Position numbers and translations under genes: made by a program
Shown here: one piece after another, positions 8,342 to 17,006 of the stretch
How the letters are laid out: each line of letters begins with the position of its first letter
How positions within the stretch are numbered: the first letter of the stretch is position 1
The notes under the pieces: generated by a model
What the model was told of the DNA's origin: nothing
Databases searched by the model: none
The model's input: only the letters and a program-made list of their open reading frames with translations
Source of the DNA: a bacterium
GTDB lineage: Bacteria > Zhuqueibacterota > Zhuqueibacteria > Residuimicrobiales > Krinioviventaceae
DNA: 64,000 bases
Assembly (NCBI GenBank): GCA_963693055.1
Contig: OY843751.1
Coordinates: 1,056,001 to 1,120,000, forward strand
Direction: 5' to 3'

Positions 8342-8917
8342 GTGGGAATGAAGAAAATTAATTTTACCAATTTATTGTTTATAATAATTTTTGTTTTAAT
8401 GTCATTTGAAGTTATATACCTCAGTGTACAAAATAAAAAGTTAACGAACCAATTGAACAAGCGAGTTTATGCTACTGAAAGCAAACCCGATTTGCCTGTT
8501 GGCACCCAGTTACCAGATTTGTCATTTACTTTACAAAATCAGGATAGAATTGATTTGTCAGCGCATAATGATAAATACTTTTTTGTGTTTTTCTCAACCC
8601 ACTGTCAAGCTTGTGTACAGGATGCTGATACATGGGAAAATATGAATGAGTTGAATACCAAGAATCAAGTGAAAATGATAGGGATCTGTAAAGGTGATCC
8701 TGATGTAGTAAAAGAATTTATGGCACTGCACAAGCTAAACTTTCCTGTTGTTCCTGATCCTGAAAATGAAATTGTTAATCAATTTGGAATAAAATCATTC
8801 CCCAGCAAATGTCTGGTTGATGAAAATAATAAAGTTGTCTTCTATTCCAGAGGATCCTCAGGGAAAAGAGATTTAGAGCAATTAAAAAAGATTGTACCTG
8901 AATTACAGGCAGGTTAA
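8342..8917 (+). CDS. Membrane-anchored TlpA/ResA/AhpC-TSA-like thiol-disulfide oxidoreductase
   Basis: N-terminal TM helix; G-x-x-LPD, FFSTHCQAC (CxxC), LNFPVVPD, FGIKSFP (cis-Pro loop). Confidence 0.85.
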   Translation: MGMKKINFTNLLFIIIFVLMSFEVIYLSVQNKKLTNQLNKRVYATESKPDLPVGTQLPDLSFTLQNQDRIDLSAHNDKYFFVFFSTHCQACVQDADTWENMNELNTKNQVKMIGICKGDPDVVKEFMALHKLNFPVVPDPENEIVNQFGIKSFPSKCLVDENNKVVFYSRGSSGKRDLEQLKKIVPELQAG

Positions 8918-8920
8918 GAT

Positions 8921-9550
8921 ATGAAGAAGATAGCGATGAATGCTTTGTTGGTTATTGTATTGCTCGCGGTTGGTATTCACTTTGTTATACAAATCAATAA
9001 CAACAATAACGTTTTGGCTGAAATTGATGATTCGCTCAAGCCCTTGTCATATCAGCAGCAAGTTGATTACATGAAACAGGTTTTTGCTCAGGCGGACTCG
9101 TTTCGTTATATTAAATTCAGGGACCAGTTTTTTTATCATGTCTTTCAGGATACGGTCCCGGTTGGGTATGCTAAAATTATCGACAAGGACCTTGCCTGTT
9201 CTACCTGTCGTGATGTGAGATATTTATGCGCCCTGGACAGTGCCTTGTGTGTTAAAGAGGTTATACTTATCAGTGAATTGGACCAGAAACGTATCTATGA
9301 CAAAATACTCCATTTAGAAGATGGTGTAAACCGAGTGGTTGGGAAAAAAGTTTTTAATATTGTGAATTTGTCTGATTTTGTTTCTCAATTCATCAGCACA
9401 TTACCAAGTGATAAAATTTTTAACAAGGATGCGGAGATTGATGTAATCAGTGGTGCCACCAAGACCAGTCACAGTATGTATGAGGGCATTAGAGAGTTTT
9501 TAGATGAAGCGGCTTATTACTCCAGGCAATATCATGCGCAAAATTTGTGA
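8921..9550 (+). CDS. Exported FMN-binding domain protein with flavinylation motif and CxxC
   Basis: N-terminal hydrophobic anchor; IDVISGATKTS ([S/T]GA[S/T]) motif; CSTC plus two more Cys; starts 3 nt after the upstream stop. Confidence 0.75.
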   Translation: MKKIAMNALLVIVLLAVGIHFVIQINNNNNVLAEIDDSLKPLSYQQQVDYMKQVFAQADSFRYIKFRDQFFYHVFQDTVPVGYAKIIDKDLACSTCRDVRYLCALDSALCVKEVILISELDQKRIYDKILHLEDGVNRVVGKKVFNIVNLSDFVSQFISTLPSDKIFNKDAEIDVISGATKTSHSMYEGIREFLDEAAYYSRQYHAQNL

Positions 9551-9577
9551 TTTTTTATTCCTTTTTAAAAAGATGTT

Positions 9578-9610
9578 TTTGCCTGGCACAACCTGCCAGT
9601 GTCAGGCAAA
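9578..9610 (+). terminator. Hairpin closing the peptide/redox operon
   Basis: TTTGCCTGGCAC/GTGTCAGGCAAA 12-bp stem; no immediate U-tract. Confidence 0.55.
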
Positions 9611-9828
9611 CAGATGTAATTTTTATATAATAAATTATGCATGGATAAATAAAATGTTTGCTTTTGTGCTATAATTATTGTATAATTTCAAAATTGATCC
9701 CAAAGTAAAAATTTTGCAATTTTTTTATACAGTGTGTTTTTGACACAGGGTTTGGTGTGTCTACATGTGCCGGGAAAAGTGTGTTTATCTAATTATTCTT
9801 ATTAACTCATAATTCGAGAGGGTGTATT

Positions 9829-10776
9829 ATGCGTAATTGTTTCATTTCATGTCTGTTACTAGTATTACTTTCAAGTGTAGTTTTTGGCAATGAACAGAAA
9901 TTTGTAGATGATGTAGAGCAGTTTGTAGCACAATTGAATTCCCAGGAACAAGCATTTGAGAAACGCAGTATTCAAACTCAAATGAATATAATTAATGAAC
10001 GTCGAGTTCCTTATGCAATGATCTATGAGCAGACAGGATTGTTTACCTGGCAGCTGTTTTCAAATTGTTTTTTTGATTCTGATGTTGATACAACTACTAC
10101 AGTAAACGTGAATATTGATTACAGACCCACAACTGATCAATTTACTGTAATACCCGCTTATTTTACTTTTACTTCAGAACGTCCCTATGATTCATTGGAT
10201 GATTTTAAAGCTTTTATGATTACAGTCTTTCAGAGTGTAGGGTCCGCTCATTCGGTTTTAATTGATGAAGCCAATAGCAGATATGGATTTACAGGCCATC
10301 ATTATTGCCAGTCATTTTATTCCGGTACAACAAAATTGGTTCTTGATTGTTATTTTGTATATGTTAATGATGTTGCCTGTGCATTTTATTATATGACAGG
10401 TGACTCGTTTTATGACAATGCCTTGTATCAACTCTTTTTTGAATTGATTCTTGATGTGGTTGAATTTCAACAACCAAGTGCAATCAATAACGAATCCTTG
10501 AAAAAACCGGTGAATTTTGACATGTCTCAAAATTACCCGAATCCTTTTAACGCTTGTACCCGGATCCAATACTCTGTCAATGAGCCTACTGATGTAAAAA
10601 TTGAGATTTTTGATGTCAATGGTAGATTAGTACAGACTCTGGTAGACAAGTTTCATTCCCAGGGACAATATGACATTAGCTTTGATGCAAACGATTTGGC
10701 CAGTGGAGTTTATATTTACAGAATTTCTGATATGAACCATGCTTCCCGTGCACATCGGATGATCTTGGTAAAATAA
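9829..10776 (+). CDS. Secreted protein of unknown function with C-terminal T9SS/FlgD-like sorting domain
   Basis: Signal peptide; QNYPNPFN...IFDVNGRLV...LASGVYIY...MILVK. Confidence 0.8.
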   Translation: MRNCFISCLLLVLLSSVVFGNEQKFVDDVEQFVAQLNSQEQAFEKRSIQTQMNIINERRVPYAMIYEQTGLFTWQLFSNCFFDSDVDTTTTVNVNIDYRPTTDQFTVIPAYFTFTSERPYDSLDDFKAFMITVFQSVGSAHSVLIDEANSRYGFTGHHYCQSFYSGTTKLVLDCYFVYVNDVACAFYYMTGDSFYDNALYQLFFELILDVVEFQQPSAINNESLKKPVNFDMSQNYPNPFNACTRIQYSVNEPTDVKIEIFDVNGRLVQTLVDKFHSQGQYDISFDANDLASGVYIYRISDMNHASRAHRMILVK

Positions 10777-10789
10777 ATGTGAAATTCAA

Positions 10790-10830
10790 CGTGTCGGAGA
10801 TTAGCTTTACCGATCTCCGACACGATTATT
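10790..10830. terminator. Terminator between convergent genes
   Basis: CGTGTCGGAGAT/ATCTCCGACACG 12-bp stem. Confidence 0.8.
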
Positions 10831-10835
10831 TTTTA

Positions 10836-12311
10836 TTATCTGGACAATATCTTTTTCTGGTTGGCGGGACGCGGCATGAAAAAGTCGTATTGACCAATAC
10901 CGCATTCCTGAATCATCTCAATGCAATATTCCAGGCGTTTTAATTCTTCCGCATTACGATTGTTGGTGCCCATGGCGAATTTACATCCTGCTGCTTTTGC
11001 TTTTTTAATGAATGTTGCGCTGGGTACGCAGTAGCGGTCATTGATCTCTATGGCAACGTCGTTTTCCAATGCGGCTTTAATCACTTTATCCATGCGGGCA
11101 TCGGTCCACAGTTCATCATAGCGATCACGGATGATCTCGGGCAGTACCGTGGAATTGACATATATGTCGATAGGCTCATGCAATACACCGACTATTTTTT
11201 CCACATACAAGTCCATCCATTTTTGCACATCATCAATTTCTACCTCTTCATTTTTCCAGATGTGGATGCGCTTGCCGCGGTGATCGGTAAAGGTCATGGC
11301 GTCTGAAAAGACATAATCGAATTTGGCAATGGCTTTTTTACTAAACAATTCCATCCACTCGCGGCCTTCGGCCTGCATGCCCAGATACACCGGTTTGTCT
11401 TTCATAGATTCGATGAATTCATAGATACCTTCATCTGTATTGATGGGGAAATCGAGTCCGCAGTTGGGTGCAATACCGTACATGATACCATCACGCATAG
11501 ATTGAGCCAGCGCCATATCCAGGGTAAGGTCTTCTTTTAAATGAACGTGAAAGTCGATAACCGGATAGTTGTCGTGGTTCATGTTGAGGAGTGTGGTGTA
11601 GGTTTCGTCCACAACTGGGGTGACAATTTCACCGGGATCCGCATCGTCCGGTAGTGGTTTGACCATAATGTTTTTATACATGGCTGTGCTGTTGGGATCG
11701 TGACATTGGAACGCGAATGTACCGCTGGAAAGCACGCGACCGGGTTCACTGGGGCGAACCGGATGTTCAGGCTCTACATAGTCTGATACCAGCATATCAT
11801 TGATCCATACCTGAATACGTGGAACAACCACTTTGATACGCATGGTGAACCACTCATCATCATCAATAAACTGTTTAAAAGTATTGCGTACCGCATAGAT
11901 ACTGCCGGTTTTTTTGTATTCGTACCAGGTACCGTCAGCACTGGGCTTTTGTGAATTGTTGACCTGTATCTCATAACCGTGATCAGGCCAGCCATCCTGC
12001 TGATATTTAGAATGCACATAGATACCGGAATTGGAATTGGCGCGGGCCATCACATCGGCCTTGAATTCAAAGTTTTTGAAATTATGTTCCATGACCGGGC
12101 CATCATAAAAGAGATGCGCGCGTGTACCGTTGCATACAATGGCGCCGTTTTCGATTCGGGCCGATTCACTGTTTTCACTTATTTTCCAACCATCAAAAGA
12201 TTCTCCGTCAAACAGGGGAATCCAGTTTTTAGCATCAGGATCACCGCATCCGGAGAAAAAGACCAGGAACGATACTGACAACAAGAGGGGGAGGAGCATC
12301 CGGTATTTCAT
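10836..12311 (-). CDS. Lipoprotein: DUF1080 domain fused to a PHP-like domain
   Basis: Lipobox FSGC; NSGIY, YEIQV and FQCHD motifs; then DFHVHL and AIEIN PHP-type motifs. Confidence 0.8.
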   Translation of the reverse strand: MKYRMLLPLLLSVSFLVFFSGCGDPDAKNWIPLFDGESFDGWKISENSESARIENGAIVCNGTRAHLFYDGPVMEHNFKNFEFKADVMARANSNSGIYVHSKYQQDGWPDHGYEIQVNNSQKPSADGTWYEYKKTGSIYAVRNTFKQFIDDDEWFTMRIKVVVPRIQVWINDMLVSDYVEPEHPVRPSEPGRVLSSGTFAFQCHDPNSTAMYKNIMVKPLPDDADPGEIVTPVVDETYTTLLNMNHDNYPVIDFHVHLKEDLTLDMALAQSMRDGIMYGIAPNCGLDFPINTDEGIYEFIESMKDKPVYLGMQAEGREWMELFSKKAIAKFDYVFSDAMTFTDHRGKRIHIWKNEEVEIDDVQKWMDLYVEKIVGVLHEPIDIYVNSTVLPEIIRDRYDELWTDARMDKVIKAALENDVAIEINDRYCVPSATFIKKAKAAGCKFAMGTNNRNAEELKRLEYCIEMIQECGIGQYDFFMPRPANQKKILSR

Positions 12312-12330
12312 GTTACATTCCTTTCTGTAA

Positions 12331-13275
12331 TTATGAATTGATTAATACCAGCTTGCCGGCAACATGACCAGTCTCAAGCAATGTATGAGCATTGTTTGCG
12401 TTTTGCAAGGTGAATTCTTTTTCTCTATGGATATTAATTCTTTTATCTTCGAACAAGCTTCTAAAAATGTGCAGATCTTTTGCATTGGGAGTGACAACCA
12501 TGCCGACCGCTTTGCGCCCCAATTCTTTTGCTTTGATAGTAACCGCTTGTGTGGATATGGTAGGGAGACAAACCAATAAGCCATTTGGGGCCAGGCATTC
12601 AAGTGAGCGAAAACCGGTTTCTCCGCCAACAGCGTCTATGATCAAATCCATTTCTTTAGCGATCTCGGTAAAATCCTCTTTTATATAATCGATACACCGA
12701 TCAACACCTAGTGAATAAAGCAATTCGTGGTGATTGGCAGATGCGGTTGCGGTTACATGAGCATTTTGAGCTTTGGCAAACTGTACGGCAAGATGCCCAA
12801 CGCCGCCGGCGGCTGCGTGTATTAGCACATTTTGTCCGGATTGTAAATGTCCTGTGTTGTGCAGGGCCTGCCATGCAGTTAATCCTGCCAGGGGAACACC
12901 GGCAGCCTCAGACCATGATATTGTAGAGGGCTTTATAGCAATTTCATTGGGATACACTATAGCATAATCCGCATATGCACCGGCACGGTTCAGAGCAATC
13001 ATGCCGTAAACCTCATCACCCGGTTTGAATTGGGAAATGGAATCTCCGCACTGCTCTACAGTTCCTGCCAGGTCGTATCCCGGTGTCCAGGGTAGGTGGT
13101 CTTTGATCTTTTGCGCTATGAATCCCAGTCCCTTACGGGTTTTCCAGTCGATGGGATTAATACCCGCGGCATGGACTTGCACCAAAATCTGATCGTGATT
13201 GATTTGTGGTTTTTCTACCTCCTGGTATACTAGAACAGATGGGGGGCCGAATGCTGTAATTTGAACGGCTTTCAT
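12331..13275 (-). CDS. NADP-dependent quinone oxidoreductase (MDR superfamily)
   Basis: MKAVQI..FG, AAGINPID, PLAGLTAWQAL, HAAAGGVGH motifs. Confidence 0.92.
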   Translation of the reverse strand: MKAVQITAFGPPSVLVYQEVEKPQINHDQILVQVHAAGINPIDWKTRKGLGFIAQKIKDHLPWTPGYDLAGTVEQCGDSISQFKPGDEVYGMIALNRAGAYADYAIVYPNEIAIKPSTISWSEAAGVPLAGLTAWQALHNTGHLQSGQNVLIHAAAGGVGHLAVQFAKAQNAHVTATASANHHELLYSLGVDRCIDYIKEDFTEIAKEMDLIIDAVGGETGFRSLECLAPNGLLVCLPTISTQAVTIKAKELGRKAVGMVVTPNAKDLHIFRSLFEDKRINIHREKEFTLQNANNAHTLLETGHVAGKLVLINS

Positions 13276-13282
13276 TTTTTCC

Positions 13283-15430
13283 TTATTTTAATAGCAAACA
13301 TTTTTTTATATCAGTGGCATTCTCTGTTTCGAGTTTGTAAAAATAAACGCCGCTGGGAAGATTTTTTGCGTTAATGGTTAATTTGTGATTTCCCGTGGAT
13401 TGTACTCCGCTGTATAATTTTTGTACCAGTTGTCCGTTTGTGTTGTACAAAGAAATCGAAATAAACTGTTTTTGTAGCAAGTCATATTCAATAACCGTTT
13501 CTGGATTAAAGGGATTAGGATAGTTTTGTTTTAATAGAAATTCCATGGGAACTGGTTCCGAAGGATTTTCTGAAATGGCAGTTGTTGGATCATATTTTAT
13601 AAACCAAAGACCGGTTTCCCTATTGAGAATACCAATTAAGTCATCCTGAATGGCTAATTTTCTTGCTTCATCATTATTATCAAAAGAGCCTGTTGATTCC
13701 AGGTTGTTACTATCATTCAAGTCAAAAATGTTTAATGCGATTGATGTACTTGCAGTATAAAGTGAATTGTTTAATATCTCCATTTCAAAAATATAGTTTC
13801 TATAGCTGACAGCATGAGATTCAGTTATTGCTGCAGGATTTGTTATATCAATATATCGGACATAGCGTGAATAATCATAAGTGATTATATAATTTTCAAA
13901 AAAAGTGAGTGCCGATATACGATTGGGGGTTGTAAATGAATCCACTTTAACCGGGTTCAAATAATCTGACAGGTCAAACAGGTATAACCCGTTAGATCCT
14001 TCAAGCGTTGCAAGATATGGAACAGAATATTCGAATCCATCTATACTATTGTTTGTGCTAAAGGAACTGATCTCAACAAGTGATGTGGGATCAGAAATGT
14101 CGATGATACGAATATATCTGTCATTTGTTGCCACTATGATTTTGTCATTTTCTACATGTAAATATTCGCAAGAGTAGGATGAATCCAGTTTTCCTATAAC
14201 CTGTGGATTTTGTTTGTTTGATGTGTTCAGTATATATAAACCGGCATAAGACATGGCAATATATACCGTGTCATTTTTTACTTCAAGATCCGTTGCGTAA
14301 CAATGGTCCTGGCGCCAGGTAGATAATAATTGAGGATCTGACGGATTTGTTATATCGATAATTCGTAAACCATGATGTGAATTGGCAATATATGCGTAAT
14401 TGCCTTCTATTTCAATTTCCTGTAATCTGCCACCCGGTTCAATTATAGAGGGTGTCATAGAACCCATTTCAGCGTCCGGATCGAATTCGAACAGATACAC
14501 ATCGCCACCATTGTCTGCTATAATTACTTTTTCAGATGTAGCAGTTACAAAAAATGTGTTATCTGGTGTATAGTAATAATTTACCATTTCACAATTATGG
14601 GGATCAGAGATATCCCATATATCCAGCCCGTTTGAGCTGGCGACGATAGATATAAAATTGTCATGAATAAACATTTCATGTACTACGCTGCCGGTATACA
14701 TTGTATCAATAATAACAGGATTTTCAATGTCTGTTATATCATAAACGAATACATTGCCACCGCAGCCCGTATATAGAAAATTATCTTTAACATCAACAGC
14801 ATTATTTTTCCCATCAAGTGGAATATTGATCACCTCAAACATATTGGCAGGATCTGCAATATTGTATATAGTTGTTCCATCATTATAACCGGTTGTAAAA
14901 CAATAATCACCAGCTATATGAAAATCCTGGCAATAATGTGCATCTAATACCGAGATCAAGGTGGGCTCACTTTTATTACTAATATCCAGAGCTGTTATGT
15001 CGTTTGTAATGAGAAAAACAACATTGTCTTTAACACAAAGGTCTTGCACTTCATAGGTTTCATCGTTTCCCGGATATCTGGAGATTTCTGTTGGATTCAC
15101 CGGATCTGAAACATCAATAATGATCAGACCCTCTTTATAATTTCCAATGAATGCGGTCTGGTCCTGAACTTGAATGGCATTAATGATTCCTTTTGTTACT
15201 ACCTCGGAAATCAAAACCGGATTCTGTACGTCTGATATTTCATAAATCTGCAGGGTTCTTCCGTTTGCCATGAACAATGTATCGCCAGTTGCATAAACTG
15301 CTTCGCACAAACCATATGGCCATTCACCTAATAATGTACAATTTAAATTATCCTGTGGATTTGCGGAAACAGGTGCCCAAAAGCTTGAAAGAATTATAAA
15401 GAGGAGAATATAGTAAACATAATGTTTCAT
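13283..15430 (-). CDS. LVIVD-repeat beta-propeller protein with C-terminal T9SS/FlgD-like domain
   Basis: Repeated GL-IIDIS-P-NP units; QNYPNPFNP tail. Confidence 0.88.
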   Translation of the reverse strand: MKHYVYYILLFIILSSFWAPVSANPQDNLNCTLLGEWPYGLCEAVYATGDTLFMANGRTLQIYEISDVQNPVLISEVVTKGIINAIQVQDQTAFIGNYKEGLIIIDVSDPVNPTEISRYPGNDETYEVQDLCVKDNVVFLITNDITALDISNKSEPTLISVLDAHYCQDFHIAGDYCFTTGYNDGTTIYNIADPANMFEVINIPLDGKNNAVDVKDNFLYTGCGGNVFVYDITDIENPVIIDTMYTGSVVHEMFIHDNFISIVASSNGLDIWDISDPHNCEMVNYYYTPDNTFFVTATSEKVIIADNGGDVYLFEFDPDAEMGSMTPSIIEPGGRLQEIEIEGNYAYIANSHHGLRIIDITNPSDPQLLSTWRQDHCYATDLEVKNDTVYIAMSYAGLYILNTSNKQNPQVIGKLDSSYSCEYLHVENDKIIVATNDRYIRIIDISDPTSLVEISSFSTNNSIDGFEYSVPYLATLEGSNGLYLFDLSDYLNPVKVDSFTTPNRISALTFFENYIITYDYSRYVRYIDITNPAAITESHAVSYRNYIFEMEILNNSLYTASTSIALNIFDLNDSNNLESTGSFDNNDEARKLAIQDDLIGILNRETGLWFIKYDPTTAISENPSEPVPMEFLLKQNYPNPFNPETVIEYDLLQKQFISISLYNTNGQLVQKLYSGVQSTGNHKLTINAKNLPSGVYFYKLETENATDIKKCLLLK

Positions 15431-15500
15431 AATTGACCCCTTTTATTTGTTTGATAATACAGTATTAATACAATATACATATTACTGGTGCAGAGTCAAG

Positions 15501-15534
15501 AAAAAACTGATCTAAATACAATTTAGATCAGTTT
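15501..15534 (-). terminator. Intrinsic terminator after the GH16 gene
   Basis: AAACTGATCTAAAT/ATTTAGATCAGTTT perfect stem with a T-run on the minus strand. Confidence 0.75.
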
Positions 15535-15566
15535 GAATTGTATGATACTAAAAGCGGTATTAGGGG

Positions 15567-16355
15567 TTATTTGTCTTGTTGATAGACTCTTACATAATCT
15601 ATATAATATTTTTGTGGAAAAATTGAATCGTCAATACCTTCACGTCCGCCCCAGGCACCGCCAATAGCAAGATTAAGCAACAGATATTGAGGTTTGTCAA
15701 ACGGCCAGGTTTTCCAGTCTCCTTTTCTATCATTCTCATAGGTGAACAGGGTATCATCATCCACAAAGAATACCAGCTTTTCAGGCGTCCATTCGAGTGC
15801 ATACGTGTAAAATTGATCATAAGGAGTGGTATATTCTTTACGGTTGCCCTTGCCAGTGCCAATTGTATGATTATTGGTCTTGGTATGAACATTGGCGTGG
15901 ATATTTTCGGGGGCATAGCCCACGTTTTCCATGATATCGATCTCACCGCAACTTGGCCAGCCGACATATGTAAGGTTTGTGCCCAGCATCCATATGGCAG
16001 GCCAGGTTCCTTTACCGGTGGGGAGTTTGGCCCTGATCTCGAACCGTCCATAGGTCCATGATTGAGTATAGCGGGTGTTGATACTTGCCGAGGTGTATTC
16101 CATATCTTTGAACGGCTCTTTATGGGCTTCAATTACAAGAAATCCATCCTCAACCCTTGCGTTTTTCAGACGGTGCTTGGTATAGTATTGTTTTTCCTGG
16201 TTGCGAACATATCCTGATTCATAATTCCACTTTGCGGGATCAGGCAGCCCTTTATAATCAAATTCATCACTCCAGACGAGCTTCCAATCTTGAGCAAAGG
16301 AGGGGAGTATTGAACAAAATAATAAAAAGACCATGGAATATTTAACAATTTTCAT
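15567..16355 (-). CDS. GH16 glycoside hydrolase (laminarinase-like)
   Basis: WSDEF, WPAIWMLG and catalytic GEIDIME motifs; signal peptide. Confidence 0.93.
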   Translation of the reverse strand: MKIVKYSMVFLLFCSILPSFAQDWKLVWSDEFDYKGLPDPAKWNYESGYVRNQEKQYYTKHRLKNARVEDGFLVIEAHKEPFKDMEYTSASINTRYTQSWTYGRFEIRAKLPTGKGTWPAIWMLGTNLTYVGWPSCGEIDIMENVGYAPENIHANVHTKTNNHTIGTGKGNRKEYTTPYDQFYTYALEWTPEKLVFFVDDDTLFTYENDRKGDWKTWPFDKPQYLLLNLAIGGAWGGREGIDDSIFPQKYYIDYVRVYQQDK

Positions 16356-16943
16356 CTAAACTCCTCTGAATTTGGGTAGAATGTTTTGTTCAATATAAAA
16401 GACAACTTTATCCTTTGTAGGGAAAAAAAGATAGACAAAGATAAAAAAGAAGATAGAAGGTAAAAGTAGAAACCAATAAATATTCACTTTCCGCATTAAA
16501 TCCGCAAATACACCCGTCAAAAAGCTGGTTATACCTAATAATGCTATACCTTCGAGTATAGCTAATTTGAAAATCAAGAGTGTGCGATATTGAATAAGCA
16601 GGATATCAACAGGATTTTCTATTCTGTTTCCTTGTGTATCTCTGTAACCTTGTTTGTGGATTTTGGCTATTCTACCGGGTGAAAGAAAGATTTTATGAAT
16701 AGAAAATACAAGCGGAAAACCTATTATCATTAGCGCAAATACCATAATTAGGAAAATATTCAGCACTTTATAATCTGCGCCGCCTGTTCCGCTGTTGCTG
16801 CCAAAGTAATTTAGATACATGGTAGAAACTAAAAGAATGAGTACACCCATTAGCATAGATATATTGATTATTCTCATCTGCCGGATTTCAACGTCCGAGA
16901 TTTTCTGTTCAAGCTGAATTGTAGATATGTTTGTGAAATCCAT
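16356..16943 (-). CDS. Hypothetical 4-TM membrane protein
   Basis: Four hydrophobic segments; SD GAGGGG; abuts the GH16 start. Confidence 0.7.
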   Translation of the reverse strand: MDFTNISTIQLEQKISDVEIRQMRIINISMLMGVLILLVSTMYLNYFGSNSGTGGADYKVLNIFLIMVFALMIIGFPLVFSIHKIFLSPGRIAKIHKQGYRDTQGNRIENPVDILLIQYRTLLIFKLAILEGIALLGITSFLTGVFADLMRKVNIYWFLLLPSIFFFIFVYLFFPTKDKVVFYIEQNILPKFRGV

Positions 16944-16969
16944 TTAGACCCCTCTAATAATGAATAATG

Positions 16970-16993
16970 GGGGCTGTTTTTTTTAACAGCCCC
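16970..16993 (-). terminator. Hairpin/terminator after the sugar porter
   Basis: GGGGCTGTT/AACAGCCCC stem. Confidence 0.6.
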
Positions 16994-17006
16994 TGAATTG
17001 TTAAAT

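Noticed and set aside
7402-9550. c-type cytochromes with a maturation thioredoxin
   Set aside because: No CxxCH motif in the peptides or the FMN protein.
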